Assembly: GCA_001662655.1 (NCBI GenBank)
Contig: KV460206.1
Source of the DNA: Pseudogymnoascus verrucosus
Lineage: Eukaryota
DNA: 64,000 nucleotides
Reading direction: 5' to 3' (one strand)
Made by a program: the position numbers and the translations under genes
Shown: positions 54,260 through 64,000 of the stretch, one piece after another
Numbering within the stretch: position 1 is the stretch's first letter
Layout of the letters: every line of letters begins with the position of its first letter
The notes under the pieces: model-generated
What the model saw: the letters and a program-made list of their open reading frames with translations, nothing else
The model's database searches: none
Told to the model about the DNA's origin: nothing

Positions 54260-55455
54260 ATGTCGGAATCGAATCAGCAGCAGCAGGTCAGCAATGGGAC
54301 TGAGAGTGAGTTTTCCTTTCTTTATGAGTGTTATTCTCCGTTTTATACTCGGTCTTGGCGTTTGAAGCGCGTGGATTGGGTGTTGGGAGGTCCAATTGAC
54401 CCTTTTCTCTGGGCTCAATTGGGAGGGTGATCGTGTGAGCGCGGAGGTGGAGAGGAGTGGTGCTTGATGGGCATTATGCGATTGCCATTTCCCGCTGCAT
54501 TCTCACCTTCTTGCTCATCCCCCCCCCCTTCCTCCTCTCCCAGCTACACACCCCATCCAGCATACCCCCTCCACCTTATCAAACTCCGAACCTCCAACTA
54601 ACATCCCCCTCCCAAGACAACGTCCAATGGGCCGCCACCCACGTCGCCCCCGCCCCGGGCGTCGTAACCCAAGTCCGCTCCGAAACCACCACCTACGCCA
54701 CGGACGGTGACCGCTTCGTCGAGCGGCACGAGGTCCTCGCCGGCCCCCTGGGCGAGGAAGAGGGCTACGTCGAGAAGCGGGAGGGACACCTGGGGGTCCC
54801 CAGCGGGGGGGTCGTGGAGGAGGTCGAAGAGGAGAGGGAGATTGGGTTGTTGGAGCCGGAGGGGAAGGGGGGTGATGGTATTGAGGAGGAGGGGGAGGAA
54901 GAGGAGGATGAGGGGGGGGAGAAGGAGATTGGTGCTGTTAATGGGGATGCGGGCGGTGTGGTGGGGGAGGAGGATCTTACTGCTGCTGCTGCTGGTATTA
55001 TAGGGAAGGAGGATGAGGGGGAGGGAACGAAGGAGCCTGAGCCTTCTAAGGCCGGGACACCGGACCAAGGCGCTACTACCTCCACCAAAAAAGCCGAGGG
55101 CGGACCAGCTGCAGCTGCAGTTGCCGACGAAACCGATAAGAAAGCCGAGAAGAAAGCGGAAACCGGTCCAGCTGCGACAGTAGCTGCTGAGGCGGCGGGC
55201 GAGGCGCCGGTGCGCGCGGCAAGGGAGAAGGAGGCGGAGGTGACGTCGACTAGTCTCCCCTCTGGTGCTTCTGGGGGGGAGGTGGAGGAGGCCGGTGGTG
55301 GGGAGGATAGGAAGAGGAAGGCGGAGGGGGGGCATGGGGAGGGAGAGAAGAGGGGGAGGGGGAGGCCGGCGAAGGGGGAGGGGAATGCGGGGAAGGGGAA
55401 GGAGCCGGTGGAGGGGACGAGGAGGAGTACGAGGGCTAAGGGGAGGAGTGAGTAG
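54260..55455 (+). CDS. Hypothetical acidic ~294-aa protein with a C-terminal basic NLS/AT-hook-like motif; exon 1 54260-54305, intron 54306-54616
   Basis: ATG exon MSESNQQQQVSNGTE splices via GTGAGT..CTAAC..AAG in frame into ORF 54457-55455; tail 'RKRKAE..KRGRGRPAK..TRRSTR'. Confidence 0.65.
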
Positions 55456-55524
55456 GTTGGGGGAGTTGGAGGGTGGGATCGGGGGGTGAAATAAAAAGTC
55501 TGTTTGTGCCTTTTTTTTTGGTTG

Positions 55525-55721
55525 GTAATATTGGATGGATGGTTGGTTGGTTGGTTGGTTTAGTTGGCTGGTGGTGTTTGTATATATAGATGCAGGCATA
55601 CACTGTGTATTGTAAATTGTACGACTTTTTTTTGGAGTGGTTTGGTCTGGTCTGGTCTGGTCTCTGTTTTCTGATTGAGGGTTGGTTTTGTTTGGTACGG
55701 TCTCTGTTTTCTGATTGAGGG
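55525..55721 (+). repeat. Microsatellites (TGGA/TGGT)n and (TCTGG)n, plus a 23-bp direct repeat GGTCTCTGTTTTCTGATTGAGGG
   Basis: Direct-repeat copies at ~55659-55681 and ~55699-55721. Confidence 0.8.
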
Positions 55722-56423
55722 GTGGTTGTGACAGTTGTCTGTGATTGATGTACTGTATGATAGATGTCTGTATGGTTGCTGTATTGTACGATTGCCATGC
55801 TGAGTGATTCCGTAGATGTGACTGTGGTCGGTTTGTATATGTAGGCGCATACAACACAGTCTATTATCTAGTAGTTAGGCCTGCGAGCTTCTACAAACTT
55901 ACCTTCCTGTATAATACCAAAGCAAAGTCAGTATCCAACCCTCGTGACGCGTACTACACTCACAACTGAAACACACCTCAGCTACTCGTCACCGAACCAA
56001 ACTTCTCAGTCAAACCCATATCCATCAGTACCGTACCGTACAATAAATACAACTCTCTCAAACCACCTCATCTCTCTATTCCACCTCCGCCTCCATCTCC
56101 GTCTCTAAACGCTGTCTGCAGAAGAGCTGTCTGCAAAAGAGCTATCTCCCCTCCAGCTCTGTAAACTTGCTTGGAGTCGAACTACCGGCCCGGAGCCGCC
56201 CGTGCCCAGCCGCCCAGCTTGCACTTAAACGCACTTACTGGTGTACTACTGTACTGTTCCACCTCCAACGCCACTTCAGCTTCAGCGCCACGCACCGCCA
56301 CGCTGGGATCACAGGGCCTGGCCGCGTTGAGACTATTGGCGGGGGGTTTTTTTTTCTGATATATCGTGCGGGTGGTGGTAGTATTGTTTTGGCGTGGAAG
56401 ACGGGAAGACGTACTGGAAGTGT

Positions 56424-56481
56424 CCGTGGAGTCGCCCGTGGAGGCGTCCGTAGAGGCGTCCGTGGAGGCGTCCGTGGAGGC
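56424..56481 (+). repeat. 12-bp minisatellite CCGTGGAGGCGT, about 5 units
   Basis: CCGTGGAGTCGC CCGTGGAGGCGT CCGTAGAGGCGT CCGTGGAGGCGT CCGTGGAGGC. Confidence 0.9.
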
Positions 56482-58034
56482 AGAGTATGTATAACTTGCT
56501 CGCTGAAGGCGTCCTAGAAGCGTCCTCGTTGCTGGTTCTGGCTTGTTCCCTCTCCTCCTCGTCCATGCAAGAATGTGGGGTTGTGGGTGTGCTATGGAGT
56601 GGTTTGTGGGTGATATTGTGGGTTTTTGGTGGAGGGGGACGAGACCGGGCTGTGGATGCTGAGGGAGTTACTCGTCTCCTCCCTTCCCCTCCTCCACTGG
56701 GTTGAGCCAGCCGCGGGTGAGGAAATACTCAGCCAGTCTTATCCATAATAGGAGATAGATGCCCTGGGATGATGTTAGCAAAACTTTGTCTTTCTTTTGC
56801 TTGCTTGTTTGTTCTGTGTATACTCCCTGATTGACACAACACGTTCCATCATCTACAATACTGTAAAACACAGTAAGCAGTAAACCCATCAACCTTCCTC
56901 CATCCATCCAGTCCCTCCGAAATAACCATCTCGTATCCCTCCAGCTCCCTCCCCTCCAGCCACAGTAAACAGTAAATCCCCTCGCCGATCGCTGTACCTC
57001 CCCGCGGTGAATACCGTATAAACGGTACTTCTCTCGTGTCCACTACTCCTGGCTATAGTGGACCACCACTGACTGAACCACCAACCAACCAACCAACCAA
57101 CGACGGCGGCCCCGATTCTAGAAGACTGTAACTGGCCGTGGGTGTGCCTGCCGTTCCTTTTTTCTAACAATAGATTCCGGCCAATGGCGATCGGGGACTT
57201 GAACCTTGCACTGGGACCACTGGACCACCCTATCATGCCTCTATCCCACCACCTAAAACTCTCTGCTGGGTAGAAAAAGTTTATATGGGAATGGGAATTT
57301 TTATGGGTGAGGAGTGGGTGAAAGTAAGGTGGGTGCATGGGGATGGGGATATGGATACGAATGTACCTTTCCTGCTATGGGAGGCTGGTGTGGTACCTTT
57401 GTGTTGTGGTACCCGTGTGGGTTTTCGCTCACGAGATGCTGGTGGATGGTCAATACTGCAACTCTTGTCCATGTATGTAACCTTAACACACTTTCCTGCT
57501 TTATTGCTTGTCCATATCCTCCCTCAACATCCCCATCCCCCCCCCCCATCTTCTTCAGGGAAATCCTGTCCTCTCGTTCATTTGTATTTTATACCACTCC
57601 GATCTCTACATATATTTCTCCTCCTCACCCTCACTGTCGCTTCCTCCAGCATCTTGATATACCCATCATCCCCCTCGATAGTGCATGAATCGACTCAGCA
57701 GTAGTGAGGTTTCAGATACGAGCTCCTGCTGCCACCACCCGCATCACCCGACGTCTACGAAAATTGTACTGTACGATACGATCGAAACGACATTTCTTTG
57801 TTCCCTTGAAACGCTGCGTCATTTGGCCTGCCATTGCCATTGCCATTATTCACGAACATACACACACATCTCGACTTTGCCTGCTGAAGGAAGGAAGGAA
57901 GAGAGATAGAAAGAGACGAAGGAAGCGTCAGCTTACAACTTTTGCTTTCAGGCAGAGTCAGCAACCACCGATATATCTAGGACTCGAACCACGACCTCCT
58001 GGCAAGGCCTCTGGCCACACATACACTCGTTACC

Positions 58035-61000
58035 ATGCGCGCGGCGTTTGAGGAGCTTCTCCGGCGGACGGAGGGCTCAGACGAACTGCTCGAGCTCTTA
58101 AAAAAACCATTCAGCTCTAATGTAAGGAATCCCGAGACCTTACCCCAAAAATTTATAGCCCAGGTGCTAACCGCGGGCACAGTTCCAACAAAACTCGATA
58201 TGGGCGTCCTTCGGCACCTCCATCGGCTTCACAGTCCTCATCGCAGTCGCCTTCTCCCTCCTGCGACCCTACAACTCCGTCGTCTACGCCCCGAAGCTTA
58301 AACATGCGGACGAAGCACATGCACCCCCGCCGATGGGGAAGGGCATTCTGGCATGGCTGGGGCCGGTGATAAAGACGCAGGAGCAGGATCTGATCAGACA
58401 CATGGGCCTGGACGCTGCGGTCTTCCTGCGCTTCACCCGCATGTGCCGCAACATCTTCCTCAGTATATCCGTCATCGGCTGTGCGATCCTCATCCCGATC
58501 AACCTGCGCAAAGGCACTGGCTCATCCTTCGTCGAGAAGCTGACCCCGCTCAGTACGTCCGGTTCGCCCACCTGGGCACAAGTCGTGTGCGCCTACCTCT
58601 TCAACGTCGTTGTGTCAGGCTTCCTGTGGTTCAACTACCGAAAGATCGTGCAGCTGCGCAGGCAGTACTATGATAGCCCGGAGTACCTGGCAAGTCTGCA
58701 CGCGCGGACGCTGATGATCAACGATATTCCGAAGGCGTATTGCACAGATGAGGGTATTGGCCGTCTTATTGACGAGGTGGTGCCGACGTCGTCGTTCTCG
58801 CGCACGGCTATTGCCCGTAACGTCAAGGACCTGCCCGATCTGATCGCACAGCACGAGGGCACCGTCCGAAAGCTCGAGAAGCACCTCGCCAAGTACCTGA
58901 AGAACCCGGATCAGCTTCCTCCTGCGCGACCAACCTGCGATCCCTCGAAGAAGGACCCCTCGTATGGCTCTTATGCTAAGGGCCAGAAGGTCGATGCGAT
59001 TGAGTACCTCACGGGCCGCATCCGCGATCTAGAGATGGAGATCAAGGACGTGAGGCTAGGTGTTGATAAGAGGAACGCTATGCCTTATGGTTTTGCCAGT
59101 TACGAGGATATCGGAGAGGCCCACACCATTGCGTATGCAGCTCGCAAGAAGCATCCTCATGGCACCACGATTGTGCTTGCGCCCCGCCCTAATGACATTA
59201 TTTGGCAGAACATGCACCTAGACCAGAAGACGAGACGTTGGAGACGCATTGTCAACAACTTGTGGGTTATCCTCTTGACTCTCCTGTGGATCGGGCCCAA
59301 CGCCATGATATCCATCTTCCTCGTCAATTTGGCGAACCTGGGCCGCGTGTGGAAGAATTTCCAGGCCTCCCTGGATGCAAACACGACCATCTGGTCCATC
59401 GTACAGGGTGTAGCTTCCCCAGCTGTAACGTCGCTCATTTACCTCGTCCTACCCATCATTTTCCGCCGACTATCGATGCGTGCGGGTGACCGCACCAAGT
59501 CCGCCCGCGAGCGCAACGTCACGGGCAAGCTGTACACGTTCTTCGTGTTCAACAATCTGATCATCTTCTCGGCGTTCAGCACGGTGTGGACATTCGTCAG
59601 CGCTGTGGTTGAGAAGACGGGTAAAGGCCAGGACGCATGGAAGGTCATCCAGGAGGAGGACATTGCGCGTGTGCTGTTCACTTCGCTATGCAACATCTCG
59701 CCCTTCTGGGTGACCTGGTTGCTGCAGCGTAACCTCGGTGCCGCCATTGATCTCGCCCAGCTGTGGACGCTGTTCTGGAGCTCTTGCGTGCGCAAGTTCT
59801 CGAGCCCGACGCCCCGCGAGCTGATCGAGCTTACTGCACCACCAGCATTTGACTACGCCGCCTACTACAACTACTTCCTCTTCTACTCAACCGTCACACT
59901 CACCTTTGCGACGATTCAGCCCCTTGTCCTCCCAGCCGCCGCCCTCTACTTTACCATCGACGTCTACTTGAAGAAATACCTCCTCCTCTACATCTTCGTA
60001 ACCAAAACCGAATCCGGCGGCATGTTCTGGCGCGTCCTCTTCAACCGCATGGTCTTCGCCTCCATCCTCGCCAACCTCGTCGTCTTCCTCGCCGTCTGGG
60101 TGCAGGGCGACCACACTCACATCCAAGCCTTCGCCGTGGTCCCCCTCCCCTTCCTCATGGTCGCCTTCAAGATCTACTGCAGGCGAGCCTTCGACAAGAA
60201 AACACACTACTACTCCCTCCGCGCCGTCGGCCGCCACGGCGACGACACCGCCGCCGCACCGCTCAAGAACTCGCGCAAGGCTGACCGCCTCGCTTCCCGC
60301 TTCGGTCACCCGGCGTTGTATAAACCACTCACCACACCTATGGTGCACGCGCGCGCACAGAGCATATTGGCATCCATATACAGCGGCCGCCTTTCCAACC
60401 CCAACAACCCCGACGCACACGACATCGCCTCCGTCAGCGGCTACAGCGACACCTTCACGCTATCCACCATGAAGTCCCCCCACGGCGGTGCTCCCGGTAA
60501 ACTCCAACAAAACATCATCCCAGGCTTCGAAGTCGTGCCCGAATCCCAGCTCGACTTCTCGTTCTACAAGAACCGCGCTGAGTTCGGAGACGATCACGGC
60601 GCAGGGGATATCTTCACCAGGACACCCAATCCGTATGACCGCCCCGGGACCGCGGATACGTATCGCTACACCGCTTCCTCCCCAGGTAGCTCCCGCGCAG
60701 GTAGCCCCGCCCCGCCGATGCCGGGGGTGCCGAGTCAGTATTCTCGCACCCCCCTCGGTGGTGGGGATTCGCGGTATAACACCTCCAGTCCGCCGCCGCC
60801 GTTCTCAAGCCGCTACAACACCTCCTCCCCTCCCCCTCCCTTCTCAGCTGGGGGGGTGGGACGCGAGAGTCCGTATAGTGCACCCATCCACCCTGCTTTC
60901 CGCAATGATGACCGCAGACGGGGGAGCGGGAGTCAGACGCGGGAGAGTCTCGTTAGAGCGGCGGCGGGGATGCCGGATAGTGCGCCTGTGAGTGTTGCTG

Positions 61001-61122
61001 TTCCCCCTGGGTTCTTGGGGGGTGGGCCGCAGGGGTATGGAGGGTTGCCGCAGGAGGATGCGGATGTGGCGGATGGGAGGGGGGATTATGATTATTATCG
61101 GGGGAGGAGGGGTGCGCGGTGA
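58035..61122 (+). CDS. OSCA/TMEM63/CSC1 (DUF221, Rsn1-like) stress-gated cation channel; exon 1 58035-58121, intron 58122-58182, ~1008 aa
   Basis: 'FSLLRPYNSVVYAPKLKH', 'GLDAAVFLRF', 'ARTLMINDIP', 'LAPRPNDIIWQN', 'YLKKYLLLYIFVTKTESGGMFWRVLF'; many TM segments. Confidence 0.92.
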
Positions 61123-61479
61123 TTTGGGGGTTTTTGAGGTAGTGGTGAGGTGAGAGGGGGGAAGGGGTGATTTAATGGCTGTATATAGATAGCAAGCGTT
61201 GTTGGGATAGGAATTTTTTCAATGGAGTTTTGGGGATAGACTGACTGGCTGGCAGGCTGGCTGGATGAGAGATAGGAAGAACAGGATACAGATTTTTTGT
61301 AATGAGATGACTAGCAGTGATAGATAAACGTGCGGGTGTATATGTTTCGACCTTATGATTTAAACCTTTCTACTTCGTGTGTGTGTGTTTGTGTATTGGT
61401 GTTTTCTATGGACTTCTTTTGTGGGTTATGGGGTGTTTCGACAAGGAGGGGGGTTGTTATGGTGGCTGGGAGAGAGGGT

Positions 61480-61510
61480 TAGAGGGTGAGAGGGTGAGAG
61501 GGTGAGAGGG
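61480..61510 (+). repeat. 8-bp tandem repeat (GAGAGGGT)n
   Basis: AGAGGGTGAGAGGGTGAGAGGGTGAGAGGG. Confidence 0.8.
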
Positions 61511-62415
61511 TGTTATATTGTGCTGTGGTTCTTTGGGATTCGATGGAGTCTTGCCTTTGTCGATGGACTCAGGTTCGCCTCAAGGTAGTGAGGGGTTTAA
61601 CAACCAGCCTTGTGGAGTATTCTAGAATCGGAATCGAGTCTCAAACGACGCCCAGCTACAGTGCCTTTGTCTTCTATGGGGACCCGGTTCAATCCTCGAC
61701 TCAACAGCCCCGACTCAATGGCTCTCATGGCACTTTTGGATTCTTTTGGCGTCTATACCGAGTCTTAGACTGGGAAATGTGTTAGGACCAGACTGCTATG
61801 AGCGGCGATGGTGTGGAAGCGCAAGACACCTGTAACGACCACAACGCCGACAGCACGGCTAGACTGAGAAACGAAAGCCGTGCAGATAGCACCCCTTGGC
61901 TTTGAAATGAATGACTACAATCAATCCCTCTGTTTAAAGAGGTATATTTGTCACCCCGACCGAGTTCACCATGGGGGTGTTAGGAGAACAAAGATGTCTC
62001 GCACAATAAAGGCGTCTCACATCCCCCCGACACCAGTTTTCCTGGCAACCGTCAACAGCAGGGGGACTCGTAGTGCGACACTCGATGGGCCATGGACAAT
62101 GGGTTTTTGAGAACACGGGTGCTGTTCATGTCGCAGACTCGAGTTGATCAAAGAAAGCTATTCACGAATGTCTCCCGCACAGCGACCACCTCATGGACCA
62201 GAGCCCCTGAGCGGTCCTTAGGACTGTTCAGGACGGGAGTATAAATATCTCTCAATCCCCGGATTCTGTTTTCTTTTCTTCTCCAGAAATCTCAAGCCTC
62301 GAGATCCTGCAATACCAGTTACCACAACAGCACAATCAAAAGCACCCTCTACACACATGAGCAAACACATACACTTCCAACCACAACCACCACCACCACC
62401 ACAACAACAACAACC

Positions 62416-62910
62416 ATGCCTCCACCACCACCACCACCACCACCTCCTCCTCCCCCCATTCCTCCTCCCCCTCCCCCACCACCCCCCCATCCCCAAACCC
62501 CCAACCTCCTCCCCACCCGCTCAAACGCCCAACCCCTCTGCTCCGGCCCAAATCGCCACAACGGCGGCGGCAGCTGCGACATCACCTCCCACCCCACCAT
62601 CCGCAGCGGCAAAATATGCGCTACACACCAGATAGTCTCCATGATATGCCCTGGGAACCCGAGGCATCTGATTACGCAGAGGTGTACGAGTTGTATGGGG
62701 AGGGAGAGGGCGGAGGAGAGGGCTGCGAGGGAGGCTGAGAGGGTGGCTAGGGCGGCGGCGGCGGCTGCTGAGAGGGCAGCTGGGGAGGCGGCTGAGGCTG
62801 GGAGAGCGGCGCAGACGGCGAGGAGATCGAGGTCGGTGACGCCGGAGGTGAGGCCGGTGAGGAGGAGGAGGGGAATGAATAGGAGAGGGGGGAGGGGGAG
62901 GAAGCTTTGA
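62416..62910 (+). CDS. Putative orphan 164-aa protein: poly-Pro, Cys/His cluster, Ala/Glu/Arg helix, basic tail
   Basis: TATAAATA at 62240, CA-rich leader ending CAACC-ATG, and the C-rich to G-rich codon shift seen in real genes in this window; no homology recognised. Confidence 0.45.
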   Translation: MPPPPPPPPPPPPPIPPPPPPPPPHPQTPNLLPTRSNAQPLCSGPNRHNGGGSCDITSHPTIRSGKICATHQIVSMICPGNPRHLITQRCTSCMGRERAEERAAREAERVARAAAAAAERAAGEAAEAGRAAQTARRSRSVTPEVRPVRRRRGMNRRGGRGRKL

Positions 62911-64000
62911 GTTGAGAGATGGCGGGAGAGAGATGGATGAGGGGAAGGGGCTGCTGGATGGCTCTGTTTTCCTACCACTGTTGAAGATCCACTGTTGGGT
63001 CCTAGGGTATTGAGACATGGGAGAAGGAAGGCGAAGGATATAGAGTGAGGGGATCAGCAACGCCTGAGTGGCCTTGTCTATCCTCGGGGTTTCTTTCTTT
63101 TTTTTTTGGGGGGGGGGGGGATTTTTAGAAATATTTATTGGGATATTATTGGAGTTAGGATAGAAGGGGGGGGGGGAATGCAGTTTATCGCAACCAAATC
63201 TCACAGAATTACGATGCCGGCTTAACTCCGAGTTACTCCTACTGGTCATGATATATGGAGACCTAGTCGCAACGTGGCTTATGGGGCGTGAAATGTAGTC
63301 CGGGACATCGAGTATCAACTACTCCCGTAAACCCTATTTCAGATTTAAAATCAATCTCCCTCTTCGCGGAAGAGAACAACTTGACCTCAGCACTAATGTT
63401 AGTGGGACCCCACTCAATAATTTGACAGACTATTGTGAGGTCTTCTTGCACTCATATTGGCCGTGGACTTCACTAGGTAAGGGAAGTGAAGAACATACAG
63501 ACTTTCATGTTAGTACAAAAACAGTAGGATGTGTTAATTTTAGTACATTTCATTACGTCCGGATCTGGCTTAACTAAAATTTAGTCAGGGCACACGTGGA
63601 GGATAAACCATCGGGATCTTGTTGGAGGATTTAGGTGGGCTCAGACGCAAGCTGGCCGCGATTTACTCAGTTCGGGGATTGCCACTCAAATTAGCTGGCG
63701 ATCCTAGAGGCGAACGGAATTATCACGTAGAGCACTAGGTGATTCTGGATGCGGGTATAACCAACGGCACAGTATATAGATACGGTATATAGATCATATA
63801 AATTCTACTATTCAACTGTCTAATGGGTCTATGTATTATTTGTAGACTGGCCGTAAGCATTGTGCTATAGAACGTATAGTACGTTTTCAATAACATTGAC
63901 TTTATTATGCTCTACAGTCCTTACAAGCCTCCTCCATTGTCGTTGAAAGTCAACTTTCATATTCTAACCGCTGCAAACCCGGTGCATCTAGCTAGACCTA

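Noticed and set aside
54598..55857. 419-aa minus-strand ORF
   Set aside because: Antisense to the G-rich acidic-protein gene and runs through microsatellites; low-complexity translation.
57975..58000. tRNA-like T-loop/B-box (GGTTCGAGTCC on the minus strand); similar motifs at ~57195 and ~61686
   Set aside because: The T-stems pair poorly, and no acceptor stem, D-arm or anticodon arm can be built.
61470..61510. Telomere-like or telomerase-template sequence
   Set aside because: The unit is GAGAGGGT, not TTAGGG; no TAACCCTAA template was noticed in the window.

Overview
Eukaryotic window from a filamentous ascomycete. Evidence: short GT-AG introns with CTAAC/CTGAC branch points and a Pezizomycotina-type 5S rRNA fragment; a Leotiomycete such as Pseudogymnoascus is plausible but only inferred. 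It holds about 20 intact protein-coding genes, mostly housekeeping: NDUFAF5-like methyltransferase, MscS-like channel, dienelactone hydrolase, cytosolic Hsp70, PTC6-like PP2C, EMI1, YME2, bestrophin/UPF0187 protein, KES1/OSH4, FBA1, mitochondrial L9, UBP16-like DUB, pathogen-related protein, DEF1 and an OSCA/DUF221 channel, plus several hypotheticals. The most unusual part is a visibly more AT-rich accessory island (~23.6-31.5 kb). It carries a cytochrome P450, a secreted FAD-linked oxidoreductase, a 5S rRNA gene cut off at nt ~61, possible scattered remnants of the 5S 3' half ~600 bp downstream with a PTH11-like gene relic in between, and a 5'-truncated kinase fragment. This is consistent with, but does not prove, the scar of a 5S-targeting cargo element such as a Starship; no captain recombinase is visible. 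Exon boundaries were worked out by eye and family names come from motif recognition, not database searches. No CRISPR array, intact tRNA or intact transposase was found.
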